NCBI RefSeq assembly: GCF_006345805.1
Contig: NC_043010.1
Coordinates: 55,056,001 to 55,120,000 of the forward strand
Direction: 5' to 3'
Length of the DNA stretch: 64,000 bases
DNA from: Octopus sinensis
Lineage: Eukaryota
The stretch's first letter is position 1. Every line of letters starts with the position of its first letter. The notes under the pieces were generated by a model. It was not told the origin of the DNA and did no database searches. It saw nothing but the letters and a program-made list of their open reading frames with translations. The position numbers and the translations under genes are program-made. This document shows positions 43,523 through 56,909 of the stretch, piece after piece.

Positions 43523-43750
43523 CTAGCAGGTACGCCATGACAACTTTCTCCGTCATAGTCAATGCGACGATCAAACGCTACACACCTTCCTTCCCAGCAG
43601 TGCTGTAAACAGAGGAATCTAGCTAGAACGTTAACACTTAGTGAGAATGGAGGGTAGAATATAAGAAAAATGTGTGCCAAGAGGCTTTACTCTGGGTACT
43701 TTAGATTCATTACTATAGCAACAGTCTGAATATTTATTGATCAAACCTCG

Positions 43751-43848
<98 letters not shown>

Positions 43849-43862
43849 GTGTGTGTGTGTGT

Positions 43863-44112
43863 GTGGCGGCGTAATGGCCTAGTGGTTATGGCGTAAGATC
43901 GCGGTTACGATTCTCAGACCGGGCGTTGTGAGTGTTATTGAGCGAAAACAGCTAAAACATCACGAGGCTCTGACAGGGGGTGGTGGCGATCCCTGCTGTA
44001 ATCTTCCACCACAACTTCCTCTCACTCTTTCTTCTGTAGGCCTGGTCGCTTAGCCAGCGGGGTGGCATCATTTAAAGGCTAAACCATCTGATAAACTGTT
44101 AGGTCACGTGAT
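43863..44112 (+). mobile_element. SINE family C with third tail type (tail alone at ~28528-28632 and ~34797-34858)
   Basis: Tail gcttagccagcggggtggc...ggtcacgtgat. Confidence 0.75.
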
Positions 44113-44313
44113 CAAGTTTGGTATATATATATATGTATATATATATATTATATAATGGAGAAATTATACAAAATGTATAAATAGATTATGAGTAAAGTAC
44201 CGGCCTAGTTTCGATTACCTGTTGTTAACCGTAGATTTGTTGCAGGAACAACGTAGTGGTGGATGGGGTAACAGTATTATTAAAATATATGGTATCCGTA
44301 ATAGATTTTATTG

Positions 44314-44357
44314 TGTACAACTCATGTTTCAACCCGTTCTGGGTCTCTTCACGTACA
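44314..44357 (-). ncRNA. Degenerate hammerhead motif (left arm of fold-back)
   Basis: Minus strand: TGTAC-GTGAAGA-GACCC(AGAAC)GGGTT-GAAA-CATGAG-TT-GTACA. Confidence 0.55.
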
Positions 44358-44481
44358 TCAATAAAGAATCTCACTAGAGATTTGGAGAGTCAGCTATATG
44401 TCCATCAAATTCGAGAATTTGATGGACATATAGCGGTACGTGAGCCGACTCAGGAAATTTCAAGTGAGACTTTTCATTGAT

Positions 44482-44523
44482 GTACACGAAGAGACCCAGA
44501 ACGGGTCGAAACATGTGTTGTAC
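44482..44523 (+). ncRNA. Degenerate hammerhead motif (right arm of fold-back)
   Basis: GTAC-ACGAAGA-GACCC(AGAAC)GGGTC-GAAA-CATGTG-TT-GTAC; core positions 3-4 altered. Confidence 0.55.
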
Positions 44524-46942
44524 CCAATAAAATCTATTACACACTCCATCTGTTTTATTAAGACTACATAGATATATAAACATTCACATATATATATATG
44601 TATGTATTTATGTTTGTATGTATATGTGTATTTAAGCTCAACAACAGACGAATACACACACACACAAACACACAATAGAGGAGGTGTCGTTCGTATCTAT
44701 GTCAGTGCATAGACATTTCCTTATTTGTTTTGACCTCATTAATGTCAAGATAATCGTATCTTTGTATAAATCAACAATAATCCTACTTATTTTTCATTAC
44801 ATTTTCGCCATATACGCTTTTCAAAATACTTCAGTTCATCTTTTATTAATTTACTTGTTATTTATTTTGAGTTTGTTTTTGTATATAAAACTGTTATTGT
44901 TTCAATTACAGTTTCGTCCTTGTGACATTATCTCTTTCAAGAAACCTCATATCACTCTTTAGATACATTTTTTTAATATCCTTTACACTTGTTTTTTTTT
45001 TATAGAGATAAATTCCGAGGAAATATCTTGGCTATAGCTTATTTAATTTTGATTATTTTTCCACTCTTCTCGGTTTTCCAATTTTGTGTTTTACGTACTT
45101 GATTTTTTTTAACGTATCCTCTTTCTGGTTTCTTTCCATTAATCTCTTTTGTTTTAGGTGTTATCTGTTTTATTGTTTTCTTAGGAGTGACACATTTCAA
45201 CGTATACAAATCAGTAGACATATCGCACTTTTACATGTCAACTTCTGTCTAATAGGTTATTATTTCTGTAATTAAATTACTGAAGTTTTAAAAGTTGATA
45301 ATATTTATTACGGCTGCAAAATGTTTACCTGCATTTGTCTAACTTTTAAATGTTTGTAATTCCAATGTTTCTGTTTTTATTATAACATCATTTAAAACTT
45401 TTTTTATTAATGGTTTTATGTTAACTGCCATTCCAGCTTCTGCACTTAGACCATTATATTGAAGAGATTTTTCTGTTAACATAAGAAGCACTATATTTCT
45501 AACACTAATTTAGTAACAACGTTAAAGTTTTTCACACATATCCATCCACATCGATTTACAATATCTTATATAAAATTATTGCGTCAGTGTTATACGCACA
45601 TCTATTAAATCGTAATTTTTACCAATTTTTTTAAATGGCTGCTGGTTATAAAACGTATCTCCTTCTCGGGTAACATGATTGAAAATACATGTCTTTTAAA
45701 ACACTGTACGGGTATGTCATGAAAATTTAATGAATAAAAAATTATGAAAAGTTGTTACATGTAGTTCTGTTACATGAAATAATGTGTAACGCTTATGTTA
45801 ATCTGTGAGCGCTTTGTAGAAGTTAAGGTATATATTTTTGTAATGAAATATGGCTCGGATTATTTATCTTTTAACAGTAAGTCCATTGGCATATTGTCTT
45901 GGCCTTTTAAAAGTTTTAATTTTATTTCGGTGAGCATATCAATTTAATACTTTGCGACTCGTTCCTGTTCAACATAAGTTTTAGCAGAAACGTTAGCACG
46001 TCACTGATTGGTTGCAATTACCGAAATACGACAACTTTAACACGAAATAACTTTGAAAGTATAAACTCTTCTCAACTACACTAAGAGTAAATGATGTTTT
46101 ATATGACACATTCCACCGGTGTCCGAGTTTAAAAGTGTTTAGTTACAAAAAATTAATTTCTCGATCTTGCGTACAAAGGGAAAGGATCCAAGATATTTTA
46201 GTGAAATGTAAGCATTACAAGTTTATGAGTGCAAGCGATAAATATTTATCCCTTTGGTTAAATAATTTCTTATTATTTAATCTATTAATATCTGAGACCA
46301 ATGAACTGCAATGCAATTTTACATTTTCTAAGTAAACAAAATACAGAAATGATTGAAAAGTTATGGCTCAAATTATTTCGGTTCGAAATCCGCTCAAATT
46401 CAAAATTAATCTACATGGGTAAATAAGCGAGCCATCACTGATTACAATCATATATATATATTTATATATTCTAAATGAACAGATTTTGTGATAAATGTAC
46501 AAGTAACTCTGTACTGCTTTTTCAAATACGTAATTTGATGCAGACCAATATTAAACATATGTATACTGGAGCTTATAGTCGCATCAAGTTTTACTTACCA
46601 AAAGACATATGTCCAAGTCCTTTCAATAGTATTTATACCTATTCTATATAATGAATTAGAAACAGGAATTGGATAAGTGCCATTTTTTTTTTATTTTAAG
46701 ATGTTTAGATTGTTGTATGTTGTTTTTTTTTCTGTACGAAACGATGTAGGAAACAATTTGAGCATGAAACAAAAATGATTGGCTATTAAATTCAAATCAA
46801 GCAAAAAGTATGTGACATATTTGTTCACGGACGCGTTATAATTTGCAGCTAATATTTTCGTCTCTGTTCCCAAGCTCATATTATGTAGGCGAGTGTGCAT
46901 CATATCATTCCTGCTGTTACAAACACACGCACACAGATATAT

Positions 46943-46995
<53 letters not shown>

Positions 46996-47154
46996 GGTAA
47001 AACAGTAAAAATAATTACAGACATGGACAAGAACATGAAACACCACAGAGACGACACAAGAACCACAGGACGGGACATTCGAAGCCCTCAGTCATCAGTC
47101 AAGAACCAGATCATCTTAGCAATTCGGCTGATTAATCTTGATTAATATATATAT

Positions 47155-47204
<50 letters not shown>

Positions 47205-47388
47205 CATACTTATATATATATATATATGTGTGTGTGTGTATGTATATATATATATAAAAAATTTATGAGGTTGCTATTAATATTATTAAATAATATTAAT
47301 TTATACCAGTGGCCAGTATACTTAAAATGTATCCGAGGACTATAAATAATATTTAAGCCACCTCGTGGTCTTCCTGTTATGAACACAT

Positions 47389-47449
<61 letters not shown>

Positions 47450-48180
47450 TATATACATATACATTCATACATACATGCATGCATATATGTAAAATATTCT
47501 TAGTACATATGTTGTTTCAATATACCACCTCGGCAGATGTCCTATTTTACGATGTTTTTTTTTTCATATTTCTGCATGATCTCCCTACAATTCATTTCTA
47601 TTTCCGTCGAAGTTCGTATCCTTTTCGTTACGTAATACTGCTTCTCTTTCATCCAACTACTAGCATTTGTACCTTATTCAATTGGTGTAGACATTACTTC
47701 CCCAAATATCGTGAATTTGATCGTATGATTTATACTCATGTGTTTCCAAATGATGTTTTGAGACCTCTGTTCTGCTACTTAATCGTCTATTCTATTACAT
47801 TTTTTCACACTATCCCTTGCTGACAAATAGAAAGCGAAATGCATCTTATGCATCGCCGAAAACTAGTTACTTTCACCGAAATGAAAATGTCATCGGGAAT
47901 GATTTTGTTATTGTCAGTCGGACAAATATTTCAAATATTACATTTCTACGCCTTTCTACGTCTCAGACCTTCATGGTGTGTCAACTATGTGAGTCTGTCT
48001 GCTGTAAAATCTCGACAAATTCATCTGAAGCTCTTAAGGTGCATTTACTCTGTGTATCGTCTTAGTAATTTGCACACATGTAGTGCTGCTGTAATTTTCT
48101 CAGATGTCAGGTAGCTGAAGGTTTAGGTTTTGCTTGTGATTTTCTGTTCTCTAAATATACCCAAATATGAACCTATAAAA

Positions 48181-48460
48181 TGCGGCGAAGTGGCAGAAAC
48201 GTTAGCACGCCGGGCGAAATGCGTAGCCGTATTTCGTCTGTCGCTACATTCTGAGTTCAAATTCCGCCGAGGTCGACTTTGCCTTTCATCCTTTCGGGGT
48301 CAATTAAATAAGTACCAGTTACGCACTGGGGTCGATATAATCGACTTATTCCGTGTGTCTGTCCTACGCACTTGGGTCGATATAATCGACTTATTCCGTG
48401 TGTCTGTCCTTGTTTGTCCCCTCTGTGTGTAGCCCTTTGTGGGCAGTTATTAAATAAGTT
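48181..48460 (+). mobile_element. SINE family B with TSD
   Basis: TSD tgaacctata at 48168-48177 and 48461-48470; empty site in the paralogous sequence at ~54625. Confidence 0.9.
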
Positions 48461-49031
48461 TGAACCTATATTCCTTGCCGCATATTTTTACATGTTTCTG
48501 CACAATTTCTTTTATTTGGCATTTTACTTTGGTACCATTAGCATTAGGACTGCTTACAGATTTCATATATTTTCAAAAGTGAATGTGTACTGGCGCAAAA
48601 TATTCCCCCTTTCACAATGAGTTCGGATAGATTACCATGATAGTCGTACGTTGTATTAATTTCTTTTTTCTTTTGACATATTTTGGCTTTTTTCGCTAAT
48701 CGTAAAAGCATGCAGATCTTGTTTAAGTCACACGACCGCGATCTGCTTATCATTTTCTGTAAGTGTTTCTTTTGCATTTGACACCTGCACACCAAGTAAA
48801 TTATGAAACGCATGAGTTACATATTTACTTTTATTTCCTAATAAATCTCACGTGTACACAAGTAATAAAATCTTCGTCTTATTTCTGTGATTACTTCTAT
48901 GCATACCCAAAGAAAACAGCTGTGTTGATATTTCGAGTAAAATGTCCTGTGCAACTGACAATCACTTTCCTAATTATCAACAGATTTAGAATTTCATTCC
49001 TATCGAATATAAAATACAAATACATAAATAC

Positions 49032-49187
49032 GTGGCTGTGTGGTAAGAACCTTGCTTCCCAAGTAGATGGTTCAGTATATGGTTCGGTCCCACTGCGTGG
49101 CACGTTGGGAAAGGGTCTGCTATAACCTCAGGCCGAACAAAGACTTGTGAGAGGTTTTGATATCAGGAAACTGAAAGTGGCCCGTCG

Positions 49188-49218
<31 letters not shown>

Positions 49219-49458
49219 TATATATATGTATATGTGAGTGTGTCTGTGTGTGTCTGTGTATGTGTATCTTTGTGTGTGTAACTCTCTCACCAAGCTATCC
49301 CTTGACAGCTGATGTTGGTGTGTTTACTTCCCATTTACTTAGACGTTTGGCAAAAGAGGGCGATAGAATAAGTACGAGGCTTACATAGGATAAGTCTTTG
49401 GATCGATTTCTTTGACTAAAACTGTTTAAGTCTGTCCGCAGTCAACTGACTGTAACAA
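49032..49458 (+). mobile_element. SINE family A (diverged); other diverged copies at ~42170-42390 plus and ~53615-53965 minus
   Basis: Head, central microsatellite and tail recognisable. Confidence 0.7.
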
Positions 49459-49496
49459 ATGCAAAAAATATATGCATATAAGTATATATCAATCGA

Positions 49497-49581
<85 letters not shown>

Positions 49582-49602
49582 ATATATATATATATATATC
49601 TG

Positions 49603-49647
<45 letters not shown>

Positions 49648-49674
49648 ATATATATATATATATATATATATCTA

Positions 49675-49707
<33 letters not shown>

Positions 49708-50411
49708 CTCTATCAGATTATGTACATATTGAAAATGAAATATGAAAATTAACGAATATAAAAGTAAAAAACGTATATGACCGAGCTCATTCAAGAGGAT
49801 ACACACTATTCTGGCTAATGACCTAGAAATTAGAATTGGGAAAAAAGCCAAGATTTCACTGAAAAATTCACAGAGATATATTATGTATTTTTTTATATGT
49901 ATGAATTCATAAAATAACTTGAGCATAAAACCAGTTTGATTGACTATTAAATTCAAATCAAGCAAAAACATATTGACATAACAATTAACGCTTATGCGAT
50001 ATTTTCCAGCTGATATTTACTATATTTCTACAATTTCATTATTTTATTTTGTATATCTGTGAGGTAATTTTCTCCGCCATATGCATACACACACACAGAT
50101 ATATACACTCGCTCACACAATTACAAAAATACACGCACACTCATATATTTATACGTATAGATATATGCATGTATGTATTCATATACCTATGCATCTATGT
50201 GAAAATTTATTTTGCTGACTCGAATTCTTTCCGCCTGTCTGTCTACATAACTCATGACCGCCATTTCATAACTCCGCCACCATTTCATCATACATATAAA
50301 CCTTCCATGCGCCTGCGTACACGTGTCTTGCATTCATGGATAAAACCTGAAAGATATTACTTATATACATAAACATAGATATATTTATTCTCTCTCTTTA
50401 TTTCATCGTGT

Positions 50412-50450
50412 TCTTTTCTGTTAAAGAGCGTAGGCTCGTAACATAAAAGA
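50412..50450 (+). ncRNA. Degenerate hammerhead-like motif, same family as 63589
   Basis: TCTTTT-CTGTTAA-A-GAGC(GTAG)GCTC-GTAA-CA-TA-AAAGA. Confidence 0.4.
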
Positions 50451-50627
50451 CCCTCTTACCTTCCCGAGAGTCAAACTAATACACCTGCTTGTAGTTTGTA
50501 CATTTGTCTTCGTCTTCTGTTTCTCTGTAAATTTCAACTAAAGATACACATATATATATACATACATCTACATATAAATCCGTCGAACCATACGAATTAC
50601 TTTACGACATCATAATGTGTTAACACA

Positions 50628-51053
50628 TAATCCTTTCTACTATAGGCACGAGGCCAGAAAATTTGGGAGAGGGGACTGGTCGATTACATCGACACCAGTA
50701 CTTAAATGGCACTTAGTTTTATCGACCCCAAAAGAATGAAAGGACTCGGCGGAATTTGAACTCAGAACGTCTTTAAGACGGACGAAAAGCCGCTAAGCAT
50801 TCTGCGTGGCGTGCTAAAGATTCTTATTTCTTTACTGCCCACAAGTGGCTACACACAGAGGCGAAAAACAAGACAGACAAACGGATTAAGTCGATTATAT
50901 CTACCCCAGTGCGTAACTGTCATTTATTTAACCGACCCCGAAAAGTGAAAGGCAAAGTCGACCTCGGCGGAATTTGAACTCAGAACGTAGCGCAGACGAA
51001 ATACTGCTGAGCATTTCATCCGGCGTGCTAACATTTCTGCCAGCTCGACGCCT
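50628..51053 (-). mobile_element. SINE family B dimer; older diverged copies at ~13060-13265, ~16880-17130, ~29090-29310
   Basis: Reverse-complement match. Confidence 0.8.
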
Positions 51054-51766
51054 TTTGAGTTAAGACATAATGAAAACCAGTGATATCATATGTATTTTCT
51101 CTCTCATAGCGAACAGTAATGTCGTCTCCTTACATCGTTCTTCGTCTTACTCTTATAGTTATCTTTCTACATTTCTACGTCTCTCTCTCTCTCTCTCACT
51201 TACTCTCTCTCTCTCTCTCTCTCTCTCCCTCGCTGTAATTCTTTCTCTTTCTCTGTATGTTAAAAAATTAGCTAGTCCATACTGACACCAACCACATACA
51301 CATACTCACACACTTACAAGCACACACAAACACAACAAATACACATACACAAGTACATTAGATACACACACACACACACACAAACATCAAACAAACATAC
51401 ACACACAGAAACACACCAAACACACAACAAAACCACCAACAACACACACAAGCACACCAAAGACTGGCACACAAACACACCAAACACTCAGGAACATGTG
51501 ATCTCTTGAAATACAAAGAGCACAGTGGATTCTATTTTGTTACTGCAAATTATAAATTCTTAAAGGAAGATATTTTTGAAGTTATATCGATGCATGGTAA
51601 TATAGGCATAGGTGTGGCTCTGTGGTAAGTAACTTGCTTACGAACCACACTGTTTCGGGTTCAGTCACATTGCATGGCAACTTGGGCAGGTGTCTTCTAC
51701 TCTAGCCTCGGCCCGAACTAAGCGTTGTGAGTGGATTTGGTAGACGTTAACTGAAAGAAGCCCGTC

Positions 51767-51806
<40 letters not shown>

Positions 51807-51941
51807 AGATGTACTCGCATAGCAAGTAATTTGATCTGAGATTGTGTGCTGAAACGAAAACAATTGCAGCGTGGAAGGTGTTTATAAGCCATTTAAGAAA
51901 CACACAAAAGCCGTTCGATTCACTTCAACATTTAAGTTTAA

Positions 51942-51991
51942 TTTGTCAAAATATTTTCGTCGCTAAAATCCGCGACCTGTTCACTGACAAA
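51942..51991 (-). ncRNA. Hammerhead-like motif with G3:C8 core swap (second copy)
   Basis: Minus strand: TTTGTCA-GTGAACA-G-GTCGC(ggatttta)GCGAC-GAAA-ATAT-TT-TGACAAA; palindromic helix III AATATT. Confidence 0.75.
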
Positions 51992-52057
51992 GTCCGTGCT
52001 GCATCATATATATATATATATATACTTTATTTAAAGCAGCAGAAAATTCAACAAAAT

Positions 52058-52095
52058 CTGTTACTCTGAGTTTCTCGTTGCCGTTCATCAGACAG
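52058..52095 (-). ncRNA. Minimal hammerhead motif (left arm of fold-back)
   Basis: Reverse complement identical to 52119-52156. Confidence 0.7.
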
Positions 52096-52118
52096 TTTTT
52101 GCTAGATTCTATCAAAAA

Positions 52119-52156
52119 CTGTCTGATGAACGGCAACGAGAAACTCAGAGTAACAG
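52119..52156 (+). ncRNA. Minimal hammerhead motif (right arm of fold-back)
   Basis: CTGT-CTGATGA-ACG(GCAA)CGA-GAAA-CTCAGAG-TA-ACAG; A-A mismatch at the base of helix II. Confidence 0.7.
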
Positions 52157-52360
52157 AGTTTGTTGAATTTTCTGGTGCTTTAAATAAAGCATATTACTCT
52201 ATCACTGGTGTTTGAGTACTCTTTTTTCCACCTTGTTTCACATTTATGTGTTTACTCCGGTATATATATATATATATATATATGTGGGTGTGTGTGTGTG
52301 TGTGTGAGTGTGTGTGTATAATATACTTATATATATATATATATATATAATATATATATA

Positions 52361-53146
52361 TTAGAAGAAATAAGATACTAAAAAATCTGGATTGTTTCAT
52401 ATTTACAGATATTTATTAGTATGTCACATGATTTTATAAATAACTAGCAGTATCGCCCGGCGTTGCTCGGGTTTGTAAGGGAAATAACTATATAAGCATT
52501 TTTAGAGACTTACTTCCCTTATAGATGCCAATTCGGGCTTTCTTAGCCATTTCTGTTTTGGTGTCTTCAAGCCATGAAGTCGTTGTTCTAAAAGAACGCT
52601 GGTCTCCTTGACAACGCATTACGACGTTGATTTCCTTAAACTCCCTTCCCCACAGCTTCACGAGGGAGGGAAGAAGGGGGAGAAGCAAACACAGTTGCAA
52701 GTGTTTGAGTGTGGACGCCAACTCCGCCGCCATCGACACACGAAAAATTATGCATTAAAATGGAATAAAAAATTATGTTAAATTATTTTTAAAATCGTCG
52801 ACTCATCGTAGACGCGCGCTAATAGCCAGACGGGCTCGATATTAATCACGACTATAAGATACCCGAATTTGGTTAAACTGCACCGCAAAATGTGGGAGGA
52901 GTTAGGAATCTAAATCGTAGGAGACAGACACTCACACAACTACAGTTTTATATATATAGATATCAGAGCTCGGGTTCATTCTAGTGGAGTCTGAAGACTC
53001 GACTGGAGTGGACCCAAGTGCTAATATATGATTTATAAAAAGATGTGACATATTAAAAAAATATCTGCAAATATAAAACCATCCAGATTTCTGAGTATCT
53101 TACTTCTTCTAATATATAATACCTGTACATCATCTCCAAACCTTCT

Positions 53147-53150
<4 letters not shown>
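52361..53150. mobile_element. Fold-back repeat interrupted by a Helitron
   Basis: 52361-52443 is the reverse complement of ~53030-53112; central hairpin gggttcattctagtggagtc...gactcgactggagtggaccc at ~52972-53014; another arm copy at ~22790-22925. Confidence 0.7.
52444..52960 (-). mobile_element. Non-autonomous Helitron
   Basis: Minus strand A|TC ... cccgagcaacgccgggcgatactgCTAG|T; same termini as 32970-33367 with a different internal segment. Confidence 0.8.
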
Positions 53151-53231
<81 letters not shown>

Positions 53232-53770
53232 ATATGCATGTATGTATGTGTATATGTTTGTGTGAGTTTGTCCCCCCGACATCGTTTGACAACCGACGCT
53301 GGTGTTTACGTCCCCGTAACCTAGTGGTTTGGCAAACGAGTCCGATAAAATAAGTAGTAGGCTTACAAAGGATAAGTCCTGGTGTCGATATGCTAGACTA
53401 CAGGCGTTGCACCAACATGGCCATAGACAAATGACACTGAAACAAGTAAAAGAGTAAATGTGTATTACTCTGTTTATTTTTAATATTTGTATATATTTCC
53501 CTAATTAATAACTTGTTTCAATTATTGGATTGCCGTCAATTATTGGATGGCCACATTGAACGATTTTAGCCGAAGAAATCAACTGAATTTCTTATTTATT
53601 TAACATTTGCCCTCATTGTATTGCTCTATTTCGTTGAGCCACAAAAATACTTCGACATAATAAGTGAACACTTGTTGTGAAGCGCCGGTAGTGGTCAAAT
53701 ACAAATATACACGCACGCATGCGCGTGCACACACTCACACGCACATGCCCAAACACACACACACACATAT

Positions 53771-53819
<49 letters not shown>

Positions 53820-55044
53820 GCACACGACAGTTTCTTTCAGTTTCCATCTACCAAATCCATTCACAAGATTTTCGTCGGCAATATCGGATGACACTTTCCT
53901 TCTGTGGCGTGCAGTGGAACTGAACTTAGAACTATTTGTTTGTGAAGCAAATTTCCTTCCAAAAAACTTTCCAAAGTGTTTTTACGAAATATCCATGCAT
54001 ACATTTTAAAAATAATCTCATATGACACTGTTGTGTTCCATATTAACTTGTATAAATAGGTTGTGTAACATTCCTTTCTAAAGAGATGTGATTACGATTG
54101 AAAATTGATATGTAAGTTATGAGGTGATACGTCTTTGCAAAAAAAAAAATACATAACATTTTCAGTTCATTGTGACAGATATAATTCATTGATTATCGTC
54201 CTCATCGATCAAACCTCACCACGGCGTCAGTTAAACAATAACGCAATTGTTATTCCATAGCTTTTAACAATTTCAATATTGATTTCTTTGAACTAACTCC
54301 AAAGTATTTTTATGGAAGAACTTGATTATCGTAAACTTATAACTGGTACTTAAAGAGACAAGGAGGTAAATCCTTGGTAACCACAGCATTTCCTAAAATA
54401 GAACCCGATTTCCTCATTTCCTCCCAATTATGTCTCGATCTTAAAATAAGAAAAACCTTTTGTGGGACATTAGCGAATATATAATCGTAAGCAAGACAGA
54501 ATAAGCTGAATATCTTGTTAGTAATTTGCACACATGTAGTGCTGCTGTAATTTTCTCAGATGTTAGGTAGCAAAAGGTTTAGGTTTTGCTTGTGATTTTC
54601 TGTTCTGTAAATATACGCAAGTGTGAACCCATATTCCTTGTAGCATATTTTTACGTGTTTCTGTACAATTTATTTTATTTGGCATTTTACTTTGGTACCA
54701 TTAGCATTGGGACTGTTTACAGATCTCATATATTTTGAAAAGTAAATGTGTAATTGCCGCACAATATTTCACTTTCACAAACACATACACACACATGAAC
54801 TCCAAAGTATTTTTTACGGAAATATTTATTATTGTGAACTTATAACTTGTACTTAAAGAGACGCGGAGGGAAATCCTTCGTAACCACATTTCCTGTAAAT
54901 AGAACCCAATATTTTCATTTCCTAACAAATATATCTCGATCTAAAAAGAAAAACAAAAACTCTTGTGGCACTTTAGCGAAGATATAATCGTAAGCAAGAC
55001 AGAGTAAGTTGAAATTTCTTTTGTCGTAAATATACACGACAATA

Positions 55045-55418
55045 GGAGGCGCAATGGCCCAGTGGTTAGGGCAGCGGAGTCGTGGTCATAGGATCGCGGT
55101 TTCGATTCCCAGACCGGGCGTTGTGAGTGTTTATTGAGCGAAAACACCTAAAAGCTCCACGAGGCTCCGGATGGTGGTGATCCCTGCTGTACTCTTTCAC
55201 CACAACTTTCTTTCACTCTTACTTCCTGTTTCTGTTGTACCTGTATTTCAAGGGGCCGGCTTTGTCACAGTGTGTGTCACGCTGAATATCCCCGAGAACT
55301 ACGTTAAGGGTGCTCGTGTCTGTGGAGTGCTCAGCCACTTACACGTTAATTTCACAAGCAGGCTGTTCCGTTGATTCGGATCAACCGGAACCCTCATCGT
55401 CGTAACCGACGGAGTGCT
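55045..55418 (+). mobile_element. tRNA-derived SINE family C
   Basis: ggcgcaatggcccagtggttagggc A box, ggtttcgattccc B box; tail also seen alone at ~36560-36726. Confidence 0.85.
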
Positions 55419-56523
55419 TCCATCCACACGACAATGATTGACTAGAAGACTCTGCAGCAAATACAGCAAAACAATATTGACACCAACAGCCACTAGTGGT
55501 ACTTAATGAAGTTATAGAACGAAAAAAATTACAAAGATATCACTTGAGGATTTCACTCAGTAAGTTACGATATGAGATATAAGTAGTATAAACATATTGA
55601 CCGCTTTATCTATTGACAGATGTTCACAATGGCGAAAATATCTCCTTTTGTTAGAAGTGTTTCTTGACCCCATCTTAAATTATAAGTGCATTTCACTGCT
55701 TATTCCATCGCCTCTGGATGAATTGAAGTTATGGTGCTTGTTTAAAAGGAAAGAATTTTAAAAATGTCAAGGATGTTTAAATTGTTTAATTTGCCGAAAG
55801 CATGTTTAATATTTAGAATATAAAGTAGCTAAAGTTAGGTGGTATAGTTTCGAAAAATTAATCAATATTATTTTAAGAGTGATATTTACATATTTTCTGA
55901 TACTAATTATCTGAAACAATTCAAGACGAAATTAATAATATTACAAGCTTCATATAATAATAATATTACAGGCAAAAATAATTTGCAGATGTTAAAGATA
56001 TGAAATATCGTACTAAAAGTACATAATGATATTTTTTTATGGAGAAAATAAAATATTGGATTGTTGGATCCACTTAATGCATTGCGTCAATAAACATGTA
56101 AAAAAAACCATGCGAGAGGTTTTGTTGTTCACATTTAAGGCCAACACATTTCTAATCCATTTCTGTTTACCCAAACACTAAAGGAGCTATTGATCCGATT
56201 GTGAAACAACATGGCGCCATTTATATCCGTACGGGTGTACACATACACACACGCACACACACACATACACACACACACACTCATACATACGCACGCAAAC
56301 GCAATTGTGTACGCATGCACACACACACACACACACACGCTCTCATATATACAAACTCATGCACATTTGTAGACATCTTTTGTGACCTCAAATCGAGATG
56401 GGATTATGGGTATTTCGTAAAATCCTGGCTATTATGTTTGGCGGAGTTGAAACTTCTCCAGTCTGTAGAGCTGGTAATAACTGAGTGTTTCATGGGAAAT
56501 AAATGAGTGAGAGAAGTAGAGAA

Positions 56524-56554
<31 letters not shown>

Positions 56555-56610
56555 CAGAGAGAGACAGAGAGAGACAGAGAGGAAAAAAAGGAACTCAGAC
56601 TTGACAGGCA

Positions 56611-56909
56611 TACTCTTTTACTCTTTTACTTGTTTCAGTCATTTTACTTTGGCCATGCTGGAGCACCGCTTTTAGTCAAGCAAATTGACCCCAGGACTTA
56701 TTCTTTGTAAGCCTAGTACTTACTCTATCGGTCTCTTTTGCCGTACCCCTAAGTTGTGGGGACGTAAACACACCAGTATCGGTTGTCAAGCGATGTTGGG
56801 GGGACGAACATACACACACACACACATATATATACGACGGCCTTCTTTCAATTTCCGTCTACCAAATCCACTCACAAGGCTTTGGTCGGCCCGAGGCTAT
56901 AGGAGACAC
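56611..56909 (-). mobile_element. SINE family A lacking head
   Basis: Reverse-complement match ending abruptly at ggagacact. Confidence 0.8.

Larger units (their letters stand above)
44298..44540. mobile_element. Fold-back element with two hammerhead-like motifs
   Basis: Perfect 20-bp inner stem 44393-44412/44415-44434 with a 2-nt loop; outer arms remain complementary to 44298/44540. Confidence 0.8.
52025..52260. mobile_element. Fold-back element with two hammerheads, in (TA)n
   Basis: Near-perfect inverted repeat 52025-52189; the right arm continues to 52260, then (TA)n. Confidence 0.85.
51604..53457 (+). mobile_element. SINE family A split by nested insertions in its central (TA)n
   Basis: Head 51604-51770, tail ~53260-53457 in the same orientation. 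Confidence 0.75.

Noticed and set aside
46993-47143. TA-flanked insert with CTGATGA on the minus strand
   Set aside because: GAAT instead of GAAA and inconsistent helices; may be a PLE end but the ribozyme is unsupported.
55045-55120. tRNA-like sequences at SINE heads
   Set aside because: They run directly into SINE bodies, so they are not called as tRNA genes.
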